This document shows positions 7,746 to 16,876 of a stretch of DNA of 64,000 nt, one piece after another (positions within the stretch are counted from its first letter, which is position 1; each line of letters begins with the position of its first letter). The DNA lies in the NCBI GenBank assembly GCA_963826115.1, contig CAWGVS010000005.1:1120001-1184000 (forward strand), given 5' to 3'. The position numbers were made by a program, and so were the translations under genes. The notes beneath the pieces were generated by a model. That model was not told the origin of the DNA. It searched no databases and was given only the letters and a program-made list of their open reading frames with translations. This stretch comes from an uncultured Candidatus Rokubacteria bacterium (lineage in GTDB: Bacteria; Methylomirabilota; Methylomirabilia; Rokubacteriales; DASRDR01).

Positions 7746-10451
7746 CTAGATCAGCGCGGACTCGAGCACGATCCCCCGGTCCAACACCCGGGCGGCGGCG
7801 CTGGCCGCGCTGGCGACGCCGCCCGGGACCTCCGGACCCTCCCCGATCTGACGCAAGAGGTCGATCAGCCGCCGCATCACGCGGATCAGGTCGCCCTCGT
7901 GCCCCCCGAAGGACTGGGCAACGATGCGCGCCCAGTCGTCGTCGCCCGACGCCCACCGGAAGACCGCGGCGACGAAGCCGCTCTGGACGCGCGCCGGCCG
8001 GTGCAGTCCGACCCGCCGCTGGACGGCCTGGATCGCCTCGGCGGCCTCCTCCATTTGCCGGACGCGGCGACGGAGCCGCGGTCGGTCGCGGAGGAGTCGG
8101 CGCGAAGGCCCGTCCTCGGCGGACCGCGCCTCCTCGATCAGGCAGGACACGAGCGCGGCCACCTCCGCCGGGGGTGCGTCGTCGAAGACGCCGCGGTGGA
8201 CGACCTCCGCGACCAGGAGCTCGTGGTCGTGCCGCAGCGAGGCCACCAGCTCGCCCTTCGGCCGGAGCACGCCCCCCTGGACCGCGTCGAAGGCGTCGAG
8301 CACCTCCAGCACTCGGCGGTACTCTTGCCAGATCGCGTCGCGGATCAACTCGAGCGCCGTACGCCGATGCTCGACGTGGCCCCGCGCCTTCTCGAGCGTC
8401 TTCCACGCCGCGTCGCACTGGGGTCGGGCCTCCCACGGGCAGGTGTGACACTCGATCCGCTCGAGCAGGTCCTCGGGGTCGCCCCGTCGCTCGCGATCGA
8501 CCAGCGCCTGGAGGTCGAGCTCGTTGAGCCGAGCGAGGAGCGGTCCCCCGTCGCGCGCCAGGACCTCCCGGAAGTCGCGGCCCCATCCCTTGTGGTGCGC
8601 AGACAGGTCCCGGACCGCGGGCGGCAGGAGCAGCGGCGGCGTCGCCCAGAAGACCCGCTTCACGTTGCCCGCCTTCGTCCGGACGAGCGACCCGTGCGGG
8701 AGGAGCGTGTCGAGGAGGACCCGGTGTCCGCGGAGCCGGTGGACCCCCACGACCACGCCGAGCCCACCGCCGCTGCCGCGCTGGCGCAGCAGGACCACGC
8801 GGCCCGGCTCGACGTCGTCGAGCGCCCGGGCCCGGGCCGGCCGCGAGCGCGTGCCGGCCGCCCGGCGCCGAGCCTCGACCTCCGCCCGTAGCTGCCGGTA
8901 GCGCCCGATGCGGTCGAAGTCGCCGCAGGGCGCCTCGTAGCGCTCGACCTCGGCCAGGGCCGCCTGTCCCTCCGCGACCTCGCGCTCGAGGTGCCGGATC
9001 CGCTGAAGGCTCTGGTACTGCCCAAACGAGGACTCGACCACCCGCCGGATCGCGGTCTCGTCCCGGACCGTCTCCACCAGGAGGGCCACGGAACCGAAGC
9101 CCAGCCGAAACTGGCTCACGATCGGCTCGGGCGCCCCGTCCACCACCGAGAGCGTCTCCCGGAGACTGTCCCGGGCGTCGATGGCGATCACGCACTGGCC
9201 CTCGGGATCGATGCCGCGCCGGCCCGCCCGGCCCGCCATCTGGGTCAGCTCGTTCGTCGTCAGCGCCCGGAACCCGCGGTCGGTCCGCTTCGTGAGCCCC
9301 TGGAGGACGACGCTGCGCGCGGGCATGTGGATGCCGAGGCTCATGGTCTCCGTCGCGAAGACCACTCGAACCAGGCCTCGCTCGAACAGCACCTCGGTGA
9401 GACGCTTCAAGCTGGGAAGGATCCCCGCGTGGTGAAGCCCGACGCCGGACCGGAGCGCCTCGAAGATCGATTGGTTTAGCGGGGAGGCCGCGAGCGCAGG
9501 GCTCTCCTCGATCGCGTCGGCGATCGCCTGGTCGACCTCCTTGCGGCGCGACCGGTCGAGGAGCGAGCGCCCCTCTTCCAGGACTTCGTCCATCGCGCGC
9601 TCGCACCCGGCGCGGCTGAAAATGAAGTAGATCGCGGGGAGCCAGCTACGCGTCTCGAGCTCCTCGAGAACGGCGGGGACGGCCGCGACGCGGCGGGCGT
9701 AGAAGCGTCCGCGTCCCTCGTCGCCACCGCCCTCGACCCCCACCAGCGTCGCCCGACCCGCGCGGACCGCATCGAGCGTGTGGAAGCCCGCGGCCAGGTC
9801 GGCGACGTGGTACCGGAGTGGCACGGGCCGGTGCGGGTGGACGATGGCCTCGATGGGCCGGTGGACCAGCCCGATCCAGTCGGCGATCTCGCGCACATTC
9901 GCGACGGTGGCGGACAGCGCCACCAGCGTCACGTCCTTGGGCGCGTTGACGATGATCTCCTCCCAGACCGTGCCGCGGCTCTCGTCGCCCATGTAGTGGC
10001 ACTCGTCGAGCACCACGTGCCGCAGCCCCTCGAGGGTGCCCGTGTAGAACATGTTCCGCAGGATCTCCGTCGTCATGACCAGGACCGAGGCCCGCGGGTT
10101 GACCTTCACGTCGCCCGTCAGAATGCCCACCTCGGCCACACCGAACTGCCGGCAGAAGTCCGCGTACTTCTGGTTGGAGAGCGCCTTCAGCGGGGTGGTG
10201 TAGGCGACCCGTCGCTTGGTCGCGAGCGCCGCGTGGATGGCGAACTCCGCCACCAGCGTCTTCCCCGAGCCGGTCGGCGCGGACACGATGACCGAGGACC
10301 CCTCCAGGATGGCGAGGATCGCCCGGACCTGGAAGTCGTCAAAGGGGAACGTGTACCGGCGCGCGAACGCCCGGAAAAGGTCGACGGCGTCCTCGGAGAT
10401 GCGGCCGGCATCGAGGGCTGCCTGGATCGCCGCGGGGGGCTGGTAGGACAA
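7746..10451 (-). CDS. Ski2/HelY-like DExH-box RNA helicase
   Basis: APTGSGKT, TTPLKALSNQK, DECH, LSAT, HHAG, FATET, QMAGRAGRRG, DSHCT-like EGDLIRVMRRLIDLLRQI; likely TTG start after GGAGG (ATG 10478 is an alternative). Confidence 0.92.
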   Translation of the reverse strand: MSYQPPAAIQAALDAGRISEDAVDLFRAFARRYTFPFDDFQVRAILAILEGSSVIVSAPTGSGKTLVAEFAIHAALATKRRVAYTTPLKALSNQKYADFCRQFGVAEVGILTGDVKVNPRASVLVMTTEILRNMFYTGTLEGLRHVVLDECHYMGDESRGTVWEEIIVNAPKDVTLVALSATVANVREIADWIGLVHRPIEAIVHPHRPVPLRYHVADLAAGFHTLDAVRAGRATLVGVEGGGDEGRGRFYARRVAAVPAVLEELETRSWLPAIYFIFSRAGCERAMDEVLEEGRSLLDRSRRKEVDQAIADAIEESPALAASPLNQSIFEALRSGVGLHHAGILPSLKRLTEVLFERGLVRVVFATETMSLGIHMPARSVVLQGLTKRTDRGFRALTTNELTQMAGRAGRRGIDPEGQCVIAIDARDSLRETLSVVDGAPEPIVSQFRLGFGSVALLVETVRDETAIRRVVESSFGQYQSLQRIRHLEREVAEGQAALAEVERYEAPCGDFDRIGRYRQLRAEVEARRRAAGTRSRPARARALDDVEPGRVVLLRQRGSGGGLGVVVGVHRLRGHRVLLDTLLPHGSLVRTKAGNVKRVFWATPPLLLPPAVRDLSAHHKGWGRDFREVLARDGGPLLARLNELDLQALVDRERRGDPEDLLERIECHTCPWEARPQCDAAWKTLEKARGHVEHRRTALELIRDAIWQEYRRVLEVLDAFDAVQGGVLRPKGELVASLRHDHELLVAEVVHRGVFDDAPPAEVAALVSCLIEEARSAEDGPSRRLLRDRPRLRRRVRQMEEAAEAIQAVQRRVGLHRPARVQSGFVAAVFRWASGDDDWARIVAQSFGGHEGDLIRVMRRLIDLLRQIGEGPEVPGGVASAASAAARVLDRGIVLESALI

Positions 10452-10476
10452 CGCGCGGGCTCCCCTCCCGCCGCGC

Positions 10477-10486
10477 ATTGTACACT
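10477..10486. promoter_or_regulatory. Overlapping divergent -10 elements
   Basis: ATTGTACACT reads TACACT on + (before 10492/10495) and TACAAT on - (before the helicase). Confidence 0.5.
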
Positions 10487-10491
10487 GAGGC

Positions 10492-10932
10492 GTGATGCCG
10501 AGTGTCCGGGCCGCGGCGCGCGCAGCCGTCTCGTGGCTGGGACCGGTCCTCCTGGTCCTCGTCGCGGTCGTCGCTGCCGACGCCACGCACCTACCCGATC
10601 ACCGCTTCCTGGTGCTCGGCTTCGTGACGGACGCCGAGGGGCGTCCCGTCTCCGGCGCCCCCGTGGTGGTGACCCGGCTCAAGACCGGGCTCGAGTACCC
10701 GACGAAGACCGAGCGGGACGGCTTCTACCTGGTCGTGCTGCACGTGCACGACGAGGACCAGGGCGAGCGCCTCGGCCTCGACGCGAAGGGCGTGAAGGGC
10801 GAGCTCCGCGCGGTGTTCGACGTCCGCGAGAAGAAGGTCGAGCGGGGCACGCGGGTGGACGTCCGCGCCAACCGCGTCGTCGAGAACCGCTCGGCCTTTG
10901 CCGAGACGCTCCGCGCCTACCTGGCCCGGTAG
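10492..10932 (+). CDS. Secreted carboxypeptidase-regulatory-like (beta-sandwich) domain protein
   Basis: Signal peptide; GFVTDAEGRPVSGAPVVV...TKTERDGFY pattern. Confidence 0.75.
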   Translation: MMPSVRAAARAAVSWLGPVLLVLVAVVAADATHLPDHRFLVLGFVTDAEGRPVSGAPVVVTRLKTGLEYPTKTERDGFYLVVLHVHDEDQGERLGLDAKGVKGELRAVFDVREKKVERGTRVDVRANRVVENRSAFAETLRAYLAR

Positions 10933-11029
10933 CGGTCGGGACGCGAGGGGCGATGCCTTGTGAGCTCCGCGGTCCGTACGGTGTGATGTAATGAGCCAAA
11001 GCCAGAGCCGCCGACGAGGAGGTGTCGTG

Positions 11030-11275
11030 ATGAAGGCATACGTGCTCGTCGAGACCAATGCCGGCAAGACGAAGTCGGTCAAGCGGGTACTGGGGAAGCT
11101 CAAGCCCGGCAAGTGCCGGATCGCATCGCTCGACGCGGTGACGGGACCGTTCGATTACATCGCCGTCGTGGAGGGCCCCTCGCTCGACGACATCGGCCAG
11201 CTCGTGACCGAGGGGATCGGCGCGATCGACGGCGTCACGCGCACGACGACCTGCCTCGCGGTGTCGATCGGATGA
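11030..11275 (+). CDS. Stand-alone Lrp/AsnC ligand-binding (RAM) domain protein
   Basis: MKAYVLVE...VTGPFDYIAVVE...IDGVTRTTTC; no HTH; RBS GAGGAGG. Confidence 0.9.
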   Translation: MKAYVLVETNAGKTKSVKRVLGKLKPGKCRIASLDAVTGPFDYIAVVEGPSLDDIGQLVTEGIGAIDGVTRTTTCLAVSIG

Positions 11276-11688
11276 GCCGCCGTCCGTCCCGTCCGGCCCT
11301 CGGCGCGCTCGTGGCGTGCGCCCTGCTCGCCGGCGCCGGGGCATGGGCCCAGGCCCCGCAGGCGCCGAAGCCGCAGTACCTCCCCTTCGCGGAGTTCGTG
11401 TCGAGCGACACCACCGCCCAGGTCTCCGTCAAGCAGGGCTACAACGACGCGGTCGAGCGCTACAACAAGGGGCTCTACGACTACCACGTGACGCTCGGCC
11501 AGCACGACCAGCTCGTCGACGCGTACAACAAGGGCGGGACCCCCGCCGAGCAGGAGAAGGCCCGCGCCGACGCGGTGGTCCTCCGGGCCAAGCTCGAGAC
11601 GCTGCGTCGCGACGTCACGGCGCTGGCGGGAGCCGTCGACCAGGCGCGGCGGAAGGCCATCCAGGCTGGGGTCACCCTGACCCGCTGA
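11272..11688 (+). CDS. Secreted helical hypothetical protein
   Basis: ATGA overlap with the upstream gene; signal peptide ending AWA; coiled-coil-like body. Confidence 0.75.
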   Translation: MSRRPSRPALGALVACALLAGAGAWAQAPQAPKPQYLPFAEFVSSDTTAQVSVKQGYNDAVERYNKGLYDYHVTLGQHDQLVDAYNKGGTPAEQEKARADAVVLRAKLETLRRDVTALAGAVDQARRKAIQAGVTLTR

Positions 11689-11805
11689 GTCCGTGGCCGG
11701 CGGACCCCGCCAACTCCGCCGAATCCGGCCGGGAACCGCGCCCTTGGCCAGTTTCGTGACACTTTCTGCGCGGTTATCCCGCGCCCCGTGGTATTATTCA
11801 CCCCA

Positions 11806-12756
11806 ATGCCGTCGAAGGGTCCGGCCTCTGTCCTGGTGTACCACCCGGACGAGGCCCAAGCCTACGCGCGGCTCGTCCGGGCCCCTCGCGGGCAGATCCG
11901 GCTCCGCGTGGCCGCCACCCCAGAGGCGGCGATGCCCTTCGTGGAGGAAATGGACGTCCTCTACACGTGGGGCTTCCCCGCCGAGCTTCTCCCGATGGCC
12001 CGGCGGCTCCGCTGGGTCCAGGTCATGGGCGCCGGGGTCAACGCGTTCCTGGACGTCCCCTTCCCGCCCAAGGTCGTGCTCACCCGTGTCGAGGGAGTGT
12101 TCGGCCCCTGGATGGCGGAGTACGTCTTCGGCTGGCTCCTGTGGGCCTCCCAGCGGACCGAGCTCATGCGGGGCGCGCAGCGACTCCGCCGGTGGGAGCC
12201 CCTCAACCCCTCCCTGCTGCGCGGCAAGACGCTGGGCATCGTGGGCGTGGGGTCCATCGGGCGCGTGATCGCCAACATCGGTCGCGCGTTCCAGATGCGG
12301 GTGCTCGGCCTGTCGCGGACCGGAAAGCGCATCGCGGAGTGCGACCGCGTCTACCGGCGCCCCGCCTTCCACGAGTTCCTGGCGGCGAGCGACTACGTCG
12401 TGCTGGTGGCGCCCCTCACCCCGGAGACCCGGGGCATGCTCGGCGAGCCGGAACTGCACACGATGCGGCCCGAGTCGTGGCTGGTGAACCTGGGTCGGGG
12501 CTCCCTCATCCAGGAGCCTGCCCTGATCCGCGCCCTTCAGGAGCGCTGGATCGCGGGCGCGGTCCTCGACGTCTTCTCCGAGGAGCCGCTGCCGACCGAG
12601 CATCCCTTCTGGGGCATGACGAACGTGGTCGTGACCCCGCACATCTCGGGGCCGAGCCTCCCGGAGGAGATTGCCCCGATCTTCAACGAGAACCTCAAGC
12701 GGTTCCTGACCGGCCGTCCGCTGCACGGCCGGGTCGACATCCGCCGCGGGTACTGA
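11806..12756 (+). CDS. D-2-hydroxyacid dehydrogenase family protein
   Basis: GIVGVGSIG Rossmann motif, PLTPETRG, NLGRG, LDVFSEEPL, TPHISG; TG-N-TATTAT 8 nt before ATG 11806. Confidence 0.93.
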   Translation: MPSKGPASVLVYHPDEAQAYARLVRAPRGQIRLRVAATPEAAMPFVEEMDVLYTWGFPAELLPMARRLRWVQVMGAGVNAFLDVPFPPKVVLTRVEGVFGPWMAEYVFGWLLWASQRTELMRGAQRLRRWEPLNPSLLRGKTLGIVGVGSIGRVIANIGRAFQMRVLGLSRTGKRIAECDRVYRRPAFHEFLAASDYVVLVAPLTPETRGMLGEPELHTMRPESWLVNLGRGSLIQEPALIRALQERWIAGAVLDVFSEEPLPTEHPFWGMTNVVVTPHISGPSLPEEIAPIFNENLKRFLTGRPLHGRVDIRRGY

Positions 12757-12757
12757 A

Positions 12758-12783
12758 CGCGGGAGCCCCCGGGGCCCCCGCGT
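12758..12783. terminator. Hairpin between convergent genes
   Basis: ACGCGGGAGCCCC / GGGGCCCCCGCGT imperfect inverted repeat; no U-tract. Confidence 0.4.
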
Positions 12784-12788
12784 CCGTC

Positions 12789-13313
12789 CTACCGCTTCGC
12801 GAGCGCCTGCACGATCTCCCGGCAGAACGCCGGCAGGTCGTCGGGCTTCCGCGAGGTGATCAGGTTACCGTCGACGACGACCTCCTGATCGACCCACGTC
12901 GCGCCCGCGTTGACCATGTCGTCCTTGATCGAGAAGAAGCTCGTGGCGCGCTTCCCCTTGAGAATGCCCGCCGACGCAGGCATCCAGCCGGCGTGGCAGA
13001 TGGCCGCGACCACCTTGCCCTCGGCGAACGCGTCGCGCACCAGCTTCACCATCGCGGGTGACCGGCGCATCAGGTCCGGGGCGAAACCGCCCGGGATGAC
13101 CACCGCGTCGTACTCCACGGCGTTCGCCTGCTCGGCGTAAACGTCGACGGTCACGGGATAGCCGTGCTTGGAGGCGTACGTCTTGGCGCCTCCGCTCCCG
13201 ACCACGTGGACCTCGGCCCCTTCCTCCTTCAGGCGGTAGTACGGCACCCAGAGCTCCATCTCCTGGTAGAGGTTCTCCGCCAGGATCGCGACCCGCTTGC
13301 CCCGTAGCTGCAT
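12789..13313 (-). CDS. DJ-1/PfpI family protein (type 1 glutamine amidotransferase-like)
   Basis: YQEMEL, IPGG, AAICHAG nucleophile elbow, ITSRKPDDLPAF; RBS GAGGAGGAG. Confidence 0.93.
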   Translation of the reverse strand: MQLRGKRVAILAENLYQEMELWVPYYRLKEEGAEVHVVGSGGAKTYASKHGYPVTVDVYAEQANAVEYDAVVIPGGFAPDLMRRSPAMVKLVRDAFAEGKVVAAICHAGWMPASAGILKGKRATSFFSIKDDMVNAGATWVDQEVVVDGNLITSRKPDDLPAFCREIVQALAKR

Positions 13314-13434
13314 CGCTCCTCCTCGTGACGCGGGCGTCGCCCGCGCGTTCGTGTTCGGGGACAGGATACACGGCGGCCGGCGGTCCGGGGGGACCGGGCC
13401 GGTCAGAGCGCGGCGGAGACGGGCGGACGGGAGC

Positions 13435-13836
13435 CTAGCGGGACTGGAGCACGCCCAGGGCCTTGGCCACGACCGCCTCGAGGCGCTCGGGGTCCACCGG
13501 CTTCTGAGCGTAGTGCAGGATGCCGATCTGCCGGGCGCGCACCTCGAACTCGGGCCGGTAGTCGCCGGCCGTCATCAGGACCTTCACGCGCGGATCGATC
13601 TCCTTCAGGCGGGCGACGAGCGCGTGCCCCGACATGTCCCGGAGCGCCACGTCGACGATGGCCGCGCGGAGACGCCCGGCGTGGGCGAGGTCCAGCGCGT
13701 CCTGCCCCAGCGTGGTGTGGGCCGCGCGGAAGCCCCGCTGCGAGAAGTGGTCGGCCAGGACTCGCCCGGCCTCGTCGTCTGTGTCCACTACCAGGAGAAG
13801 CGCGTCGTCCCGTTCGGAGCTCTCTGGATACGCCAT
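13435..13836 (-). CDS. Single-domain response regulator
   Basis: LLVVDTDD, phosphoacceptor AIVDVAL, MSG, QKPVDPERL; ATG 13836 directly after a sigma54 box. Confidence 0.85.
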   Translation of the reverse strand: MAYPESSERDDALLLVVDTDDEAGRVLADHFSQRGFRAAHTTLGQDALDLAHAGRLRAAIVDVALRDMSGHALVARLKEIDPRVKVLMTAGDYRPEFEVRARQIGILHYAQKPVDPERLEAVVAKALGVLQSR

Positions 13837-13849
13837 GACCGGACGTCGG

Positions 13850-13865
13850 TGCAAGGCCGGTGCCA
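13850..13865 (-). promoter_or_regulatory. Sigma54 (-24/-12) promoter
   Basis: Minus strand TGGCACCGGCCTTGCA, a perfect TGGCAC-N5-TTGCA. Confidence 0.88.
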
Positions 13866-13968
13866 CAGGAGGGCGTCTCGGGGCCCACAACCGTGGCCCA
13901 CCGTCAGGGGGGCAGAATCCGACACCTGGGACAGCGTCTGCCAACAAGCTCCAGCCTGGAGGCCTCTA

Positions 13969-13994
13969 GCCCTTCGAATCGGCCTTTCGAGGGC
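13969..13994. terminator. Hairpin downstream of the sigma54 regulator gene
   Basis: GCCCTTCGAA / TTCGAGGGC inverted repeat with one bulge. Confidence 0.35.
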
Positions 13995-14025
13995 ACCAGG
14001 CCATGTCACTTTGGCAGGATTCGGT

Positions 14026-15399
14026 TCAGTTGATCCCGTACTCCTTGAGTCGCCGGTAGAGCGTCCGGCTCGAGAGACCGAGCGCCCGTGCCGCTTTGGC
14101 ACGGTCGTTACCGTGAATGTCCAGGGCCCGCAGGATGAGATCCCGCTCGGCCTGCGCGAGCGTCGGGACTGCGCCGGTCGCGGCGCCCGCCGCCACGGGC
14201 ACCGGCGCCGCCGCCACGGGTGCGGCCGCTCCGCCCAGCGCCGGAAAGTCGGCCAGCCGGAGCTGCTCGCGCGCCCCCAGCGCGTACGCCCGCTCGATCA
14301 GATTCTCCAGCTCGCGCACGTTGCCCGGGAACTCGTAGGAGACCAGCGCCGACATCGCGTCGGGCGCGATGCCCTTGATCTCGCGGCTGAAGCGCTGGTT
14401 GAACTGCCGGACGAACGCGGTGACCAGGGCCGGGATGTCCGGCTTCCTGTCGCGGAGCGGCGGCACGTGGAGCCGGACGACGTTCAGGCGGTAAAACAGG
14501 TCCTGCCGGAGGCTTCCGTCCTTGATCGCGCTTTCGAGGTTCTTGTTCGTGGCAGCGATGACCCGGGTGTCCACCGAGTAGCTCCGCGTCGACCCGACCG
14601 GCCGCACTTCCTTCTCCTGGAGGACCCGGAGGAGCTTCACCTGGAGGGTCGTCGGCAGCTCCGCGACCTCGTCGAGGAAGATCGTGCCGCCGTGGGCGGA
14701 CCGGAACAGCCCGAGGGTGTCGGCCACCGCCCCCGAGAAGGCCCCCCGGACGTGGCCGAAGAACTCCGATTCCAGGAGGTCGGACGGCACCGCCCCGCAG
14801 TTCACGGTGATGAACGGCCCGCTGGCCCGCGCGGAGAGCCGGTGGATCGCCGCCGCCACGAGCTCCTTCCCCGTGCCGCTCTCACCCTCGATCAGGACCG
14901 GCGAGTCCGACGGGGCGACTCGCACGATCATCCCCTTCACCGCTTCCATGGCCGGGGAGACGCCGACCAGCTCGGTCATCCGGAGCTGCTCGCCCAGACG
15001 GCTCCGGAGGGCGTTCACCTCCTGGCGCAGCAGGCGGCGCTCCAGGATGTGGTCGAGGAGGTGCCGGAGCTCCTCGAGGACCAGCGGCTTCGTCAGGTAG
15101 TCGTACGCGCCGAGCTTCAGGGTCTCCACCGCGGTCGCCACGGTGGGGTCCCCGGTCATCATCAGGACCTCGATCGACGGGTCGTGCCGCTTGAGGTGCC
15201 GGAGGAGCTCCACCCCGTCCATCTCGGGCAGGTGGATGTCCACGACGGCGACCTCGAAGAGCTGGGTCTCGAGCAGCTCCACCGCGCGGGCGCCCGACGG
15301 CACCACCACCGTCTGGTAGCCCCAGCCGCCCAGCACCTCGGCGAGGAGCTCCCGCAGGGTGTCGTCGTCCTCCACCACCAGCAGGTGCAGGCGCTTCAT
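14026..15399 (-). CDS. Sigma54-dependent response regulator (REC-AAA+-Fis HTH)
   Basis: [49 protein letters not shown]. Confidence 0.96.
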   Translation of the reverse strand: MKRLHLLVVEDDDTLRELLAEVLGGWGYQTVVVPSGARAVELLETQLFEVAVVDIHLPEMDGVELLRHLKRHDPSIEVLMMTGDPTVATAVETLKLGAYDYLTKPLVLEELRHLLDHILERRLLRQEVNALRSRLGEQLRMTELVGVSPAMEAVKGMIVRVAPSDSPVLIEGESGTGKELVAAAIHRLSARASGPFITVNCGAVPSDLLESEFFGHVRGAFSGAVADTLGLFRSAHGGTIFLDEVAELPTTLQVKLLRVLQEKEVRPVGSTRSYSVDTRVIAATNKNLESAIKDGSLRQDLFYRLNVVRLHVPPLRDRKPDIPALVTAFVRQFNQRFSREIKGIAPDAMSALVSYEFPGNVRELENLIERAYALGAREQLRLADFPALGGAAAPVAAAPVPVAAGAATGAVPTLAQAERDLILRALDIHGNDRAKAARALGLSSRTLYRRLKEYGIN

Positions 15400-16151
15400 C
15401 AGGGCCTCGTCGGCTGCGCGGGCGGCAGCGTGAGCGCGAGCGTCCCGCCGTCTCGATCGACCCGGAGCCGGATGGCATCGCGGAGGTAGAGGTCCTGCAA
15501 GCGCTGGCGGAACGCCTCCACCGAGCCGACCCCGACGTCGTTGACCGCCAGGATCCGGTCGCCTGCGCGCAGCCCGCCCTGGGCGGCCGAACTCCGCTCG
15601 GCGACGCCCGCGACCGTGGGCGCCATCGAGCCCCGGGGCTCGGGCACACGCGGCGGGCCGCTACCCACCGGCAGATCCTCGCTCCCGTCGCGGACGTAGA
15701 AGCCGAACTCGAACGCGACCCGGTCGGCGATCACGTCCGCGGGCATCCGGCCGACCCGCACCTTCACCTCCTGGCGCTCGGTCTCCCGGAGGACCATGAC
15801 GCCGAGCTCTCGACCGGCGGGCGTGGCTCCGACGAGGCGCTGGAGGGCGCGTGTCTCGACGATCGGGCGCCCGTCGATCGCCACGACCAGATCACCCTCG
15901 CGGAGCCCCGAGGACTCCGCCGGGGCATCCTTCATGACCTGGGCGATGAGGACGCCGTAGCCCTCGCTCACCCCGACCTTCTTCGTGATCTCCTCCATCT
16001 CCTGCTCGGTCAGGTCGCGGATCCGGACGCCGAGCCAGCCCCACTGCTCGCCCGCCGCCACGCCGGTCGAGAGGAGCGCGAGCATGAGCGCCGCCATCGC
16101 GGTCACCCAGCCGGCCGAACGGCGACGCGAGCGTTCCGGCTCACGCGTCAT
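15399..16151 (-). CDS. Secreted tandem-PDZ protein (DegP-like PDZ domains, no protease domain)
   Basis: Signal peptide; GWLGVRI...[18 protein letters not shown] and [17 protein letters not shown]; TGATG overlap with the downstream regulator. Confidence 0.88.
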   Translation of the reverse strand: MTREPERSRRRSAGWVTAMAALMLALLSTGVAAGEQWGWLGVRIRDLTEQEMEEITKKVGVSEGYGVLIAQVMKDAPAESSGLREGDLVVAIDGRPIVETRALQRLVGATPAGRELGVMVLRETERQEVKVRVGRMPADVIADRVAFEFGFYVRDGSEDLPVGSGPPRVPEPRGSMAPTVAGVAERSSAAQGGLRAGDRILAVNDVGVGSVEAFRQRLQDLYLRDAIRLRVDRDGGTLALTLPPAQPTRP

Positions 16152-16812
16152 CCGACTCTTCCTCCTCGTCGTCGCCTTCCCGGCCCGCGACCATTGTCAG
16201 GAGCTCGCCCAGCGCCCCCACCGCGAGGTCCAGACGCTCGCTGAGGTCGGTCGCCTCGAGAAGGCGCTGCCGCACCTCCGAGTCCGGCACGACCGCCGCG
16301 ACGATCCGGTCGATCACGGCGCCCGGCGAGGCACCCGCGACCGTGAGTCGCCCGACGACGTCGGGATGCGACTGGCCGAGCGCCATGAGGAGCTGGGCGT
16401 GGGCCGTCCGGAGCTCCTGGAGCCGTCCCGGGAACGTCCGGTCGGCGGGGCTCGGCCCCTGATCCTCGATACGCTGCGCCCGTACCACCCGGTAGAGCCG
16501 GCCGTTCGGCGCCTCCTCCTCCAGGATGCGGATCCGCGCGCGACCGTCCAGCAGGATGTTGTAGCGGCCGTCGGCGAGCACCTCGGCCTGGATCACCTCG
16601 CCGGCTCCGGCGATCGCGTGCACCGGCGGCCGACCCTGGTAATCCTTTTCCCATCCGGGCTGCAGCATCACCACGCCCAGCCAGCCGTCGCCGTCCAGGC
16701 AATCCTTGATCATCTGGCGGTAGCGGGGCTCGAACACGTGGAGCGGCAGAATGGTCTCCGGAAAGAACACGACCTCGGGCAGCGGGAAGATGGGGACGCG
16801 AAGCTCGCGCAC
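16141..16812 (-). CDS. Stand-alone Lon peptidase substrate-binding (N) domain protein
   Basis: VPIFPLPEVVFFP...LPLHVFEPRYRQM, DGRYNILL-G, RQRLLEA-D...RL. Confidence 0.92.
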   Translation of the reverse strand: MRELRVPIFPLPEVVFFPETILPLHVFEPRYRQMIKDCLDGDGWLGVVMLQPGWEKDYQGRPPVHAIAGAGEVIQAEVLADGRYNILLDGRARIRILEEEAPNGRLYRVVRAQRIEDQGPSPADRTFPGRLQELRTAHAQLLMALGQSHPDVVGRLTVAGASPGAVIDRIVAAVVPDSEVRQRLLEATDLSERLDLAVGALGELLTMVAGREGDDEEEESDDA

Positions 16813-16876
16813 GGCGGCACGCTTTACGCGGGAGCGTCCCGGCCCGGAATGGTCCTCCGCTCCGCAGCCCCCGGCA

